Assembly: GCA_951406725.2 (NCBI GenBank)
Contig: OX597824.1
Coordinates: 74,524,001 to 74,588,000, forward strand
Length of the DNA stretch: 64,000 bases
DNA from: Octopus vulgaris
Taxonomy: Eukaryota
Reading direction: 5' to 3'
Below the pieces are notes generated by a model. It worked only from the letters and a program-made list of their open reading frames with translations, did no database searches and had not been told where the DNA came from. How positions within the stretch are numbered: position 1 is the stretch's first letter; every line of letters starts with the position of its first letter. Shown piece by piece: positions 50,351-63,785 of the stretch. The position numbers and the translations under genes were made by a program.

Positions 50351-51115
50351 GTCATTTGAAAACGTTGACATTAGTAATTTTGTAAACGTATTTCTTAAAA
50401 TGTTCCATTTATTTAAATTTTTCTGTTATATAATTCCTGTTGACTGTAAAACAGTAAATACACATAAATAAATATCCAATGTTCCTCCTTTACGTTTTTG
50501 TTTTTTTACTGAAAAAGATCCATCATTGCAGTTATTTATTCATTAATTTTCCTCTGTTAATTACTTGTTATTAATAAAACATGTAAATTCCTAAAGCTGT
50601 CTCATCAAAATAATTCAGAAGACGACGCTGAATATCTAAACAGACTTCATTAAGAATACTTCCAAATATTCAGTATGCTCTCTTTCTCCAGAAAATAATT
50701 CCTATAATACAAATACATTTTTTAAATTGATAATCTGCTACTCAAAAAATTTCCACAGGCACGTAAGAATATTTTTAAGAAGATTATCGCTGAAGTGGGT
50801 ACACGCTCCTATTCTCCAGAAACTACCAATCCACCTCCATTGATTATTGTATCAAATTAAATTGTTATTAAAATACCGGTTTATATGACATTTATAATGT
50901 GTATACAAACGTGGAACGGCATTAGATGTGATGATATTTTGCCGCAAAGAACTTCTCAAAAGAAAAAAGAAAAATTTCGTGCGTAGAAAGTATAGAGCTT
51001 CGCTCAGAACGGTGGTATGATCGGCAAACATATTGTTTTGTCGTGATTTAGTCTCCTCGGCTTAGCTAGGGAATTTTCGCCATTGAGGACATGAAACCAA
51101 ACTCGAGATAAACTC

Positions 51116-51373
51116 GACGTAAACACACCAGCATCGGTTGTCAAGCGATGTTGGGGAGACAAACACAGACACACAAACACATGCATATATATATACATAT
51201 ACATATATACGTCGGGCTTCTTTCAGTTTCCGTCTACCAAACCCACTCACAAGGCTTTGGTCGACCCGAGGCTATAGTAGAAAACACTTGCCCAAGGTGC
51301 CACGCAGAGGGACTGAACCCAGAACCATGTGGCTGGTAAGCAAGCTACTTACCACACAACCACTCCTGCGCCT
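51116..51373 (-). mobile_element. SINE-B, 3'-truncated
   Basis: Family motifs. Confidence 0.88.
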
Positions 51374-51374
51374 G

Positions 51375-51954
51375 TCAAGACAATCTGGAATCTGTTTTTC
51401 GCTGACACAAGAGGTCAAACAAAGGCAGCCCACCAGCAAGTTCATGATGATCTCCTTTTCTACTACAAGGGCATTATTTACATACACTGGATTCTCTCCG
51501 GCCACACGGTCAACAAAAAGCACTTTGTGGGGGTTTGGGGTGGGGTTCAGGAAGGGATTTTATCGCAAAGAACCACAGCTCTTCCACTTGGGTCGGCGAC
51601 ACTTGCACCAAGATAAAGCACCAGTCTACAATTCCATCCTGGTAACCAACTACTTGACAGAGATGGGTATCAAAACTATCCTTCACTCCCCTACAGACCC
51701 CCTGTAACTTTTGGTTGTTCCCCCAGCTGAAGGAAAACCTCAGGGGCAGTCGGCTTGAAGACACTGAGAAAATGAAAGGGGCTATGACTAGAGCCCTAGA
51801 CACCTTCATTTTGGAGGATTTCCATGTAGCCTTCACGAAGTGGCTGGAGTGCTACGACATGAGCATGCTTCGACGGAGACTAGAGTTCTGTACTTCTTTG
51901 AATAAATAAATGTCTCACATGAAAAGTCTCTGAACTTCTGGAATGCACTTCGTA
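51375..51954 (+). mobile_element. Mariner 3' half, degraded
   Basis: KGIIYIHWILSGHTVNK; HLHQDKAPVY; FWLFPQLKENLRG; FTKWLECY; ends ...CACTTCG-TA. Confidence 0.8.
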
Positions 51955-52479
51955 AATTTCAATAATTTACCTAATTAAAAAGCGACAAATATAAAATCTT
52001 TTTTTTTTTTGAGAAAAAGTGAAAATAGCAGTAATTCTAATTCTTTCGATGATTTTTTTTTTGTATTTAAACTGAATGAATTTTACATTACAGGTAGCAT
52101 TCAAAAATAGAGAAATAATTTAAATTTAAAATCTTGTCTTTTCGCCATCCGCAAAGAGATGAGACATCTAACGAATATAATATTAAATAATAAATGATAA
52201 AAGAAGACCAATGACGTAATTACCTTAATTAGCTGAATTAATATAATTAGGTAATTCGCCAATAAATATAATTACGTAATTAGTGTGCTTTTACTATTTT
52301 ACTACTAATATTTTACTCTGAAGACCTGTCACTATTTATATACGAGCCCAGATGAGAGGATTATTGTCATATCACTGTCCCACGATCGGAGCAATGATCG
52401 GTTATATCCAGTGCCATAGAAAAGCAGAATAATAAAATGTGTGCATATATGTATATATAGTATATATACATATATGCTT

Positions 52480-52547
<68 letters not shown>

Positions 52548-52548
<1 letters not shown>

Positions 52549-52820
52549 ATAGAAATGGCAAGACAATAAGAATAATGAAAGAGACCTCGATATTATGTAA
52601 ATAGAGGAATATATCTGTAAAAATATGTGACAATTATTCGATAGCCATGACGTAACACCGAGTTACGGATGTCGGGGCGAAAACTCACGCCACCATCTCA
52701 TTTTTTCGATGGCCCGATAACTGAAGAAAGTGCGTCGTGGTTTTCCGCCCCGACATCCGAAACTCGGAGTTTTATCATGGCTACCGAATAATTGTCACAT
52801 ATTATATTTACAGATAATAT
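52548..52820. repeat. Imperfect inverted repeat in (TA)n with a hammerhead motif at 52716-52776 (plus)
   Basis: Arms about 52612-52689 and 52736-52815; GATAA-CTGAAGA...GAAA-CTCGGAG-TT-TTATC. Confidence 0.75.
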
Positions 52821-52829
52821 ATATATGTA

Positions 52830-53018
52830 GAGTTGCCATGATAGATCGTTAGCGACTACACACATTTTTTTCTCTCCTTGTTTTTTCTGTGTCCCTTTCT
52901 GTAGAACAGCGTAGGCTCGAAACGTAAAAGACTTTTCTATTCCTGAGCGTTATACTAATACATCTGTTTGTTTTGTGCACCACCTGTCTTCGTCTTTTTT
53001 CTTTTTCGTAAACTCTTC

Positions 53019-53022
<4 letters not shown>
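52830..53022 (+). mobile_element. Penelope-like pseudo-LTR fragment with a minimal hammerhead variant at 52894-52931
   Basis: CTTT-CTGTAGA-A-CAGC/GTAG/GCTC-GAAACGTA-AAAG; ends in (TA)n; homologous to 20853-21038. Confidence 0.6.
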
Positions 53023-53052
<30 letters not shown>

Positions 53053-53079
53053 GAGGGGAAGTCAAAAATTAGCATGCTG

Positions 53080-53245
53080 GACGAAATGCTTAGTGGTATT
53101 TCGCCCGTCGCTACGTTCTGAATTCAAATTCCGCCTTTCATCCTTTCAGGGTCGATAAATTAAGTACCAGTGAAATTCTGGGGTCGATGTGATCGACTAA
53201 TTCCTATCCCCCAAATCTTTGGGCTTTGTCCTTATAATAGAAAGA
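53080..53245 (+). mobile_element. Old SINE-A relative with an alternative tail
   Basis: Shared core CCTTTCATCCTTTCAGGGTCGATAAATTAAGTACCAG. Confidence 0.7.
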
Positions 53246-53659
53246 ACTATTACTGTTTTTTTTTTGGTTTTTGGTTTTTGGTTTTTTGCATCCAAATCTT
53301 ATGATTTAACCACATTCTGATTCATACGCGTGAAAAAAAACGATATTGTATCTTAAGGACGAAATACGATTTTGTTATCATATAACTAAAATGCGATATT
53401 GGATCATATGAGTGAAATACGAAACTGTAATCTTATTAAATAAAATTCGGAAAAATAAGAACAAAACAAAATATACATGCAATGAAACAAAACAAATAAA
53501 AACATGTTAATTATTTGTGAACGTAATTAATTAATTCCCAAATCATTGTGAACAAGGATTGAGTTAATCAGGGGTTTTAATAATTATAGTTTTAGAATTA
53601 TGGTTAATTAAGCCTCATATTTATGGATTAACCAAGAATCAAAATAGTCACATCAGATG

Positions 53660-55037
53660 TAGTGTGGTAACAACAGATGGTATTATCGTGATGGTAGCTG
53701 TGGTGGTGGTGGTGGTGATGGCGGTTGTTGTGGTGGTGATGGTTGTAGTGGAGGTGGTTGTAGTGGAGATGGTGTTGGTGGTTGTAGTGGTTATGGGTGT
53801 AGTGGAAGTAGTGGTCGTTGTAGTGAGGATGGTGTTAGTGGTTGTAGTGGTGGTTCTAGTTGTGGTGATGGTAGTGATGATGCCTGTTGTTGTTGTTGTT
53901 GTTGTTGTGTTGGTGGTAGCGATGGTTGTAACGCTGATGGTAATGGTGATTGTAGTGGTGGTTTTGGTGGCGGTGTGGTTTTGGTGATGGTGAGGTTGTT
54001 GTTGTGGTGGTGGTGGTTGCGGTGTTGTTGTTCTTGGTGGTGGTTGTAGTGGTGGTGGTGATGATGGTGTGGGGGTAGAGGTGATGATTAGAGTGACGGT
54101 AATGGGGTAATTGGCATCGGTGGTGATGGTTACAATGGTAGTGATGGTTATTAATGGTTGTGATAGTGAATGACGCTGGTGCTAATGTAGATGGTATTGG
54201 TGGTAGAGATGAGCAGAGGAACAGACGTGGTAGTTAATGTAGTGGTGGTGGTGTTCGTGGTAGGGGTATTAGTGGTGATGGTCATAGCGGTGATGGTATC
54301 AGCCGTGATAGAGGCGATGGTAGCTGTGACGGAGCAGTGGTGGTAATAGTGACGGTGGTGATGTTGACGGTGGTGGTGGTGGTGGTGGTGGTGGCAGCGG
54401 AGGTGTAGTTGGGGATAGCGGTAGTGATAGAATTACCTGTGATGATGGTGGTGGTAATTGTGATGATGGCGGTAGTGGCGATTGTATGGGCGATGGTACG
54501 GGTGATGGTAGGGGTGGCAGTGATGGTAATGGTGAAGGTGATAGTGGTAGTGATGACAATGGTTTGGCGGTGGAGGTATGGATCATGGTGAGACTAGTGG
54601 AAGCGATAGTGTCAGCCATGACAGTATTATTGGTGATGATTGTGTTGATGGCGGTGGTGGCGATGGTATGAATTAAGGCGGCGAGCTGGCAGAAACTTTA
54701 GCACGCCGGGCGAAATGCATAGCCGTATTTCGTCTGCCGTTACGTTCTGAGTTCAAATTCCGCCGAGGTCGACTTTGCTTTTCATCATTTCGGGGTCGAT
54801 TAAATAAGTACCAGTTAAGCACTGGGGACGATACAATCAATTTAATCCGTGTGTCTGTCCTTGTTTGTCCTCTCTGTGTTTAGCCCCTTGTGGGTAGTAA
54901 GGAAATAGGTATGAATGATGGTGGTAGTAGTGATGCTGATGGCGATGGTGATGGTGAGATGACGATTTGTGTTAGAGGTGATGGTAGAGATTATCGTGTC
55001 TGTGGTGATGGTGATAACGGGTATTTGTTGTTGCTGT

Positions 55038-55070
<33 letters not shown>

Positions 55071-55083
55071 CGACGGCGAAGAC

Positions 55084-55173
<90 letters not shown>

Positions 55174-55439
55174 ATGATGATGATGATGACGATGATGATG
55201 ATGATGATGATAATGATGATGATAATGATGATGACGATGATGATGATGATGATGATATGATGATGATATGATGATGACGTTGCTGTTGATGACGTTGCTG
55301 TTGATGATGATGATGATGATGACGTTGCTGTTGATGATGATGATGATGATGGTGGTGATGATAATGATGATGACGTTGCTGTTGATGATGATGATGATGA
55401 CGTTGCTGTTCATGACGTTGCTGTTGATGATGGTGATGA

Positions 55440-55479
<40 letters not shown>

Positions 55480-55560
55480 GATGATGATGATGATGTGGCT
55501 GTGGTTGTAGTAGGCAATGAAAGCGATGGCGGATGGTTGCGACGTTGATGGTTTTTGATG
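53660..55560. repeat. Long degenerate (GGT)/(GAT)/(GTT) trinucleotide low-complexity tract
   Basis: Direct; purer (GAT)n at about 55038-55495. Confidence 0.92.
54675..54907 (+). mobile_element. SINE-A
   Basis: TSD GGTATGAAT at 54665 and 54908. Confidence 0.92.
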
Positions 55561-55808
55561 GCATAAAAACGCCCCCGCGTTCTCGACAAAACAAATAGAG
55601 ATTTGGCTTTAAGAATGTCAAAGGTCATTAGCATTTAGAAATAAATTTGCTATTATTCTTATTGTTGTTGTCGTTGTTGCTGCTGTTTATTTGTTGTCGT
55701 CGTCGTTTGGTAGTGCTGACATTGTCTTCGCTGTTATTGTCATCGGGGTGGTCACATTTATAGTCGCCGTTATTGTTGTTATTACTGTTATCATTGTTGT
55801 TGTTCTTG

Positions 55809-55848
<40 letters not shown>

Positions 55849-55891
55849 CGACGACGATGATGAAGTTATTTTTAACATCTGATCAATTCCC

Positions 55892-56095
55892 AAGGCGGCG
55901 GGCTGGCAGAATCGTTAGCACGCCGTTCCAAAACGTTTTGCGGCGTTCTGAGTTCAAAATTCTTCCGAGGTCGATTTTTCGCTTTTCGAGATCGATAGAA
56001 TAAATACCAGTAGAACACTGGTGGGTTGGTGTTTGGGGGGCTATATAATCGACTTACCCCCTCCCCTGAAATTGCTGGCCTCGTGCCAAAGTTAA
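55892..56095 (+). mobile_element. Old SINE-A relative
   Basis: Head AAGGCGGCGGGCTGGCAGAATCGTTAGCACGCC, alternative tail. Confidence 0.7.
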
Positions 56096-56740
56096 ACCAA
56101 TATCAGATCCATCCTGATCGAAATTTCCCATCAAATGTCGTCTAGCCGTTACCATTACGTTTATTTTATCTTATTTCTTTTTGTTAGTATAATATCAAAA
56201 TACATTCTCCATCTGATGTGTCTTTTCCTTGTGTAACACGATTGGGTATGATCTGCAGGAGATTTGGCTTCTATTTCAAGCAAATGGAGCCAGTACATAT
56301 AGATTTGTGTAAAGGTCATCTGTGTGAATCACAGATTAAAAATAAAAATAAAAACACCATTTACATTATACGAAAAGGTTAAACAAAGGCCATTTACTAA
56401 GAAAATAATAAGTGGAGTATTAAAAAGGTTAATTATTTCCGGAGAATGTCAAAGGGCAAATCAGAGATATCAGAGGTCATTCATGGGTCAAAAGCAAAAA
56501 TATATATATTAAAAAAAGAGAAAATTGTTTTTAGTAAACAAGCGTAGCTAGGTGCAGACATGGCTGTGTGGTTAAGAAGCTTACTTCCTAGCCCTGTAGT
56601 CTGGGGTTCAGTCTCACTGCACGGCAATATTGGACAAGTGTCTCTTACTATAGTTACTGGTCGATCGAAGACTTGTGAATAGATTTTATAGACGGAATCT
56701 GAAAGTAGCCCGACATATATATATATACATATATATATAC

Positions 56741-56816
<76 letters not shown>

Positions 56817-56821
<5 letters not shown>

Positions 56822-57127
56822 CGTAATCACCGTGACCGACCAGATTATATGATGTTGCTACACATCGCTGGTCACAATGTGCTTCGCATTGTTTTAGCCT
56901 TCAAATGACGCCACCCCACTGGCTAAGCGAGCAGGCCAACAGAAGAAAGAGTGAGAGAAAGAGTGGTGAAAGAAGACAGCAGGAATCGACACCACCCCTG
57001 CCGGGGCCTCGTGGAGCTTGAGGTGTTTTCGCTCAATAAACACTCACAACGTCCGGTCTGGGAATCGAAACCGCGATCCTACAACCGCGAGTCCGCTGCC
57101 CTAACCACTGGGCCATTGCGCCTCCAC
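56817..57127 (-). mobile_element. SINE with a C-type head and core but a different tail, nested in a diverged SINE-B (about 56550-57300)
   Basis: Head matches 40286; sequence after CTCTCACTCTTTCTTC is unrelated to the C tail. Confidence 0.8.
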
Positions 57128-57430
57128 ACACATAAACACACACACACATATACACACACACATATATATATGTATATGTGTATATATATATATACATACA
57201 TACATACATACACGAGTGTGTGTGTGTGTCTCCAACCACAGCTTGACCACCAGTGTTGGTTTGTCTATGCCGTACAAATGGACCCCAGTACTTATTTTTA
57301 AAAATTTGGTTCTTATTCTATAGACCCTTGTGCTCAACCGCTATGTGATAGGAACGTAAACAAACCAACACAAGTTGTCAAGCGGTGGTGGAGATAAAAA
57401 CAGATACAAAAAACACACACACATAGATAC

Positions 57431-57461
<31 letters not shown>

Positions 57462-57517
57462 TATATGTATGTATGTATGTATGAAAGCGCGTGTGTATCT
57501 GTGTGTATAAGTACGTG

Positions 57518-57539
<22 letters not shown>

Positions 57540-57548
<9 letters not shown>

Positions 57549-57862
57549 CAGAATTTGTGTGTGTGTGTGTGGTGGGGTGCGCGCGTATGTTCCTTATAGA
57601 TTCGAAAACAGATTTGCCGATTTTGACGTATGAGGTATCAAAAGATTCAGTAAAATATTGGTTACCAAATAAAGTATATTTTTTTGCACATCTCTTTTTT
57701 ACTACAAAAATAACCTCGAAAACGAGGTTTGGTCGTACAATTTTGAGGTCGTTAGATGACTCTGCCTGAACAATTTTTGTCTCAGATAGTGCGTAATGAG
57801 AAAATGTTTAAAATACATTTACCAGGGAATATTCGAAGATATACCGTCAACTTTATTAGTAT
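57540..57862 (+). mobile_element. Possible non-autonomous Helitron-like element
   Basis: TATATAAAA...(TG)n start like 62696-63270; ends ...TTATTAGT. Confidence 0.3.
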
Positions 57863-58009
57863 TATTTAGTAGATAACCTTTTAATGTGAAGTATGTTTGT
57901 CTGTGTTTTGTTTGGCCCAGAGTTGCCTCTGATGTAGCAAATTCATCGCTTAGTTTTTTTTTTTCTTTCTGAAATTCTGTAAATCTGTGTCTTTCTTTTG
58001 ATTATAGGG

Positions 58010-58244
58010 TATGGGTTCAATCCCACTGCGTGACACCTTAGGTAAGTAGCTTCTACTCTAGCCTCGGAGCAACCAAAGCCTTCTGAGTAGATTTGGTAGA
58101 CAGAAACTGAAAGAAGCTCATCGTATATTGCTAATAGTGGGATACGCAGGGAAATTTTCATGAGTAAGATACACATACACACAGACACACACACATATAT
58201 ATGTATGTATGCATGTATTATGTATGAATGTATGTATGTATATA

Positions 58245-58291
<47 letters not shown>

Positions 58292-58530
58292 GTGTCTTCG
58301 TGTTTGTGTTTGGCCACCCTCCCCATCACCGCTTGACTCCCAGTGTTTGTGTCTTTGCGTTCTCGTAGCATAGCGGTTCGGCAAAAGATTCCAATAGAAT
58401 AAGTGCCAGGTACCAGGCTTAAATAATAAGTACAGGGTCGATTCATTTGGCAAAAAAAAATATTAAATAAAAATTCAAGGCAGTGCTCCAACATGAATTC
58501 AGTGTAATAGCTGAAACAAATAAGAGATAA
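58010..58530 (+). mobile_element. Diverged SINE-B
   Basis: GGGTTCAATCCCACTGCGTG...GGCAGTGCTCCAACATG. Confidence 0.75.
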
Positions 58531-58554
58531 AAGAGATATATATATATATGATGA

Positions 58555-58585
<31 letters not shown>

Positions 58586-58650
58586 TGTATGTATGTATGT
58601 ATGTATGTATGTATGTATGTATGTTTTATATGTATGTATGTATGTATGTT

Positions 58651-58698
<48 letters not shown>

Positions 58699-59155
58699 GA
58701 CAAGCTTCCACACAACCTCCTACAAAATTCACTCATAAGGTTTTGGCCAGTTTATTGTGTTGTATGTTCTATGTGTTGTCTCCGTCCCTGTAGTTTTCTT
58801 TCAACTGTTTTCTATATTAATATTTTCTTTTCCATGTCTTGCATGTACCGTTTTCACTGAATATGTCCTTAACAACCGTATCTAGGATTGTTGGCGCATA
58901 TTACGAAAAAGTAGAACTGTCTTTAGCATCGAAACTACAAGTATTCCTAAGTTTGAAACATTACAGCTGATGAAAAAAAATTCCCGTTCCATACACGAGC
59001 ACACACACACACACACAACACACACATATGGTCAGGGTTAATCAGCGGACCAACTGACTTCTTGTCCAATCTAGGGTTGACCTACAACCTGTATAGTTCA
59101 GTCGACAACTGCACTCTGAGGCTTCATCCAACAGTCAGTTGACATTGCCGGAATG

Positions 59156-59190
<35 letters not shown>

Positions 59191-60309
59191 TTTCGTAAAT
59201 ACACACCATAAAGCGAAGATTAATTGCGTGGAAAACGATAATCGAACTAACCAACGCTCATCTCCGACGTTTAGGCATACTTAGTTTTTAGATTTCATTG
59301 ATTATGTCAAAAAATATTAAATTCTCGTTCGTTTTTTTGCAACAGTTTTAAACATCCACTTCCACCACCACCACCCCGACAACAACAACAAAAACAACCA
59401 TAACTACAACAACCACCTGCAGCATTATCATTCACGTCTGCCCAAGCGTCTATAAAATGTATTATTATTATCTCGATCCCGTATTACTTCACCACCATTA
59501 AGCCGCACATTTTAGCCGTCTGATTTGTTAGTCAGCCTCGTTACATTGTTATCGTTGTGTATATATCTCCACCGCAAATTACGTTATTATATTGTCATGA
59601 TGTTTCGAGACTGAGAGAGAATTTTATTTTGGAAAACCTGAAGACCATATGCCGCCTGCAGTTTAGTTAATCTACGAAGAGGAGATACTGGAAGGACTCG
59701 ACCCACTCTCACTCTTTAATTAATCTATTTGGATAGGTTTGTTTGTTTTCGTTTTTTGTCGTTGTTGTTGTTGTTTCTTTAAAGACATTATCAAGACAGA
59801 TATTGTATAAAACAATGACAATAACGACAACAACAACAAAACAGAGGGTACCACACCTTTAAATATCGAGAAATTTTTTTGAAATAAATCTCTAGTTGGA
59901 ATTTAGCCGGTAACTATGTAGTGACAGCTGTTGTAGTGTGGTGGCTCTCCGTCGTTCGTCGATGAGTTGCATGACCGACTGAATTAGCTGCCCTTTGAAT
60001 TAACGTGGAGCATTCCACCGACACTGCACCCTTGACGGAATTTGCAGGTAAAGTATCTTTTGAATGACAGTTTCATTCCATTCGATAGATTTCTACTCGC
60101 TTTCCGTCAGTATTCTGACGAGGGTATGGGTCGACCAGAAACCAAAAAAAAAAAAAAAAAAAAAAATGATATCGGCTATAGATGCCACGCGGTGGAATCG
60201 AACCTATGATCTCGAATTTTCAAGTAGAGCTTTTTAACCATTTGGTCATACTGTACCTTCAGATCAATATAAACATTCAGAAATAAAACACTTGAAGTCG
60301 AATGGAAAT

Positions 60310-60515
60310 AATCTTTCTACTATAGGCGCAAGTCCGGAAATTTGGGGGAGAGGACCAGTCGATTAGATCGACCCCAGTGCGCAACTGGTACTTATTTTAT
60401 CGACCTCGAAAGCCAAAGTCAATCTCAGCGGAATTTGAACTCAGAACATAGCGGCAGACGAAATCCCGCTAAGCATTTCGCCCGGCGTGCTAACGATTCT
60501 GCCAGCTCGCCGCCG
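60310..60515 (-). mobile_element. Old SINE-A relative
   Basis: Head complement TCTGCCAGCTCGCCGCC. Confidence 0.75.
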
Positions 60516-61375
60516 CATGTTAGAGGTAATATTCTGAAAAGCTTAGTGTCTGAATCTAGTTGGTTTTTTTTTTCTTCTATAATTAATCAAACAAGCAAAA
60601 CCTTACCAACTTCTTTAAATACCACTTAAAGCGGTCCGATAAAGTATGTTTGACCGATGAGATACTAAAATGTCTCAGAATCCCCTTTCAACGATGAATC
60701 GTGCCTGTTATGAACACGCATGAACTGGTGATCACTGTTGTTTTTCGTCATCGGAGAACACCGACTCCTTTTAGACGATGTGTGCTTCCTCAGTCAAACT
60801 ATTCCGCCGGACCAATGAGTCAGTAAACAAATTGATGGGTTGCCATATCTCGAACGCTTTGACTAGAGGTTTTCTTGAGCAGAACTAACCTGAGAGTCTA
60901 AACATCGTGAATTATTATTCGCTCCTTCCAACATATAAAACCATCGAAAGACTTTGTCACCAATTTTTTGCCTAGTTTTCCCCTGTTGCGTTTGTCACTC
61001 TGATTGATTGATTACTTGCTTGAATCTCTGCTCCGAAATCTGAGAAAATACGGAAAGCAAGAAGTACAAATGTTTTGACAATGATTGTTGAAGAAAATCC
61101 GTTTTTTTTTTCTCCAAATGTTCTATAGGTTTTTGCGTATAAATTTTTTTATTTCTAATTTTGTTTTCGAAAATTTGCATTTTTAGCAATGTCGCTTAAC
61201 ATTAGGTCATCCGTGATCGAGTATTCTGATCAATCAGACATTTTTTTTTATCCAGTTACTTGGTTAATTATTAATTACTGTTTATTTAAGTAGTAACTAG
61301 TATCACGACTATTATCATTTAGTAGCAACAACAACAACAACAACAACAACAACACCAACAGTAATAATAATAATA

Positions 61376-61581
61376 TACTCGACCAGAAGAAAATTCTAAC
61401 TGGGCCCCACCTGCAAGGTCATGTGCTGTTTATCTTGATATGAGATCACCATGTCGCGTACATATGGTTGTGATGCATGTGCCTAGTGTACCCTTATCAG
61501 ACGGGTATTCATGATGGGTATACTGGGCTTCGTATATTTTACCCCAGTGTCACTTTGCTGGCATGCACTGCTCTCTCACTC
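61376..61581 (+). mobile_element. 5'-truncated copy of the 472-982 element in (TAA)n
   Basis: High identity to 776-982; (AAT)n tail to about 61632. Confidence 0.8.
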
Positions 61582-61632
<51 letters not shown>

Positions 61633-62077
61633 TCTGAATAGTATTACTATTTGATAATGATATTACAAAATAGTAATACTATTTAGAAATAGTATTACTA
61701 AATAATAAAATATTGGCTCAACTCTTGCCTCACATCAGAAGCTAGCAGATCTTACAGGTCACATGAAAAACTGAAAATTTAAAAAAAACAAAAACAGGAT
61801 GCAATTGAAATATGTTCTCATACATAATTACATAGTAACTGTTTGTGTAATATATTTTTAGACACTGATCTCATGTCTACAAAGATATGTTCATACATTT
61901 ATACATACAGATAGCAACTAAATATATTTAAGATATTTGTGACTTGACTACAATAGTTATAAAATATATTCAACTGCTGACCATAAATTTAGAAAAAAAT
62001 ATTTCACACATATGATTAGATTGCAATACATTTACTTTCAAAAACTGATGGCCAATACTGGTGTTAGATATTTAGCT

Positions 62078-62510
62078 CCAAATCCTAGGTCTACGGTGAG
62101 CGTCACCTTTTCCTAACTCTACAATTTGCGTCACCTTCTCCCAGCGCTACGATGTGTACTCCCTTTTCTTAGCTTTACAATGTGTTTCACATTCTCCCAG
62201 TACTCCAACGTGCATTTCCTTTTCTTAGCTCTACAAAGTGTTCCCTCTTCTTACATCCCTACAATATGCAACATCTTTCCTCAGCATTACAATTTGCAAT
62301 CCTTCTTTTACCCTTACATTGTGTGCCAATTTCTCACTGTATTACAATTTCCATCTCCTTTTCTTAGCTCTGCAAAGTACACACTCTTCTCATGGCCTTA
62401 CAACGTGCACTACTTATCCATGCGCTCTCTTTTCTTAGCTCTACGAAATATGTTCTATTCTCTCAGCTCCACAAAGTGCGCCCCTTCTCTCTGCTCTACA
62501 ATCGTCATTG
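62078..62510. repeat. Degenerate 28-bp tandem repeat
   Basis: TACAA-like anchors at 62092, 62120, 62148, 62176, 62204, 62232, 62260, 62288, 62315, 62343, 62371, 62399. Confidence 0.8.
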
Positions 62511-62695
62511 TGAGTCCTTCGCATCTATAGAATCTATATTCCTTCTCCTAGACTGACAGTACGCGCCCCTTTTTCCAGCCCTGTAGTGTGTATTCTCTTC
62601 AGCAAATTTTTCTACAATTTCTTCAAGCCATTACTCAAACTGAAAAATGCAGTTAAAAAATAATAAACTCGCAATATAAGAAATTTATTGTATTA

Positions 62696-63270
62696 CTAGC
62701 AGCATAGCGCGGCGTTGCTCGGGTTTGTTTTTTAGTTGCGCTTAAAAAGGCAGACTTTGATGTCGAGTTAACAAAGTTTTGACATAGTTTCAATCTATGA
62801 ATAAAAATATAGTGTGGCAATGCTCCTGTTTGCTCATAACGTGCATTGGATCAGCTGATCCGTCGTTCGCTCAAAACCAATGACATCGCAAAAAAATTCT
62901 TTTCGACCCTTTAGAATTGGAATTTTTGAAAAGTAAAAATTTTGCATTATGTAGCTTGTTATTCTCTTTAAGTGAACCTTTTTCTAGTTGAAATACACCG
63001 AAAAATGGCGACACAGCAGTCAAAAAATCGCAAAAAATAGGGATTTTCATAGACAAAAAGCACCTTTTTGATGTAAATAATTTTTGGTGTTAACATTGTC
63101 CGATTTGAATTTTTTCTACTACGAAATGAAGAGCAAGTCTTCTTCTATCATACTCTCAATTTTGGTCAAGTTGCGCAGCAGGATCTCGGAGGAGATAGTG
63201 TTAGTTGAAGGCTGCCAAACCTGCCACACACACACACACACACAGACAACTTTAGCTTTATATATATAGA
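62696..63270 (-). mobile_element. Non-autonomous Helitron
   Basis: On the minus strand A|TCTATATATATAAAG...(TG)n...GC-rich subterminal CCCGAGCAACGCCGCG...CTAG|T; no TSD. Confidence 0.75.
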
Positions 63271-63573
63271 TTATTATCATGAACATCACTGAGTAAACCT
63301 GTTATCTAGCATTTTTTTTAAATGTTCCATGCGAAATTCTTTAAGTCATATGACACCACAGCTCTCGTTTAACCCTAAACTCCATCCTTCTCCGAGGCGA
63401 ACGTGACTTCTCCTTCTCACTTCATTACTGTGATTTCGGGTTTTTAATTGGATTATGTAATTTTGTTTAAGTTATATTAGGATTTGTCCGACGTCCCAAA
63501 ATTTCGAGTGGTCGCCTAGTTTGTTCAGTGTGTAACAATGGCCATGTTATTGTTGTGGTTCTATATTCTAAAT

Positions 63574-63785
63574 CAGGGGTCGGCGAACCGGGTTAAATTA
63601 CCCCAAGTGGAGTAAAAATGAAATTCTTGTGGGTTATGAGGACTCATTAGACATAAGTAAAATAAATTTAAAAAAAACATGTTCCTTGTTATCTATGATT
63701 TTCTTCCTTTCGAATCAAGTGGGTAACGTCGGCGTAAATGAATATATTCTTGGGTTATTGGTTAAAAAAAGTTCCTCGACCCCTG
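63574..63785. mobile_element. hAT (Charlie-like) MITE
   Basis: TIRs CAGGGGTCGGCGAAC / GTTCCTCGACCCCTG; 8-bp TSD TTCTAAAT at 63566 and 63786. Confidence 0.88.

Noticed and set aside
53664-55893. Poly-His/Val/Met/Ser ORFs
   Set aside because: Trinucleotide low-complexity DNA with frame breaks and a SINE insertion; no splice or codon evidence.
60110-60150. CTGACGA...GAAA hammerhead-like motif
   Set aside because: No stem III or stem I; lies in what looks like a decayed SINE-B head.
60640-61110. Possible Tc1 remnant on the minus strand (VFSDDEK-like)
   Set aside because: A single weak motif and no TIRs; not supportable by eye.
62126-62530. 134-aa hydrophobic ORF
   Set aside because: Product of the pyrimidine-rich 28-bp repeat; motifs rotate through the frames.
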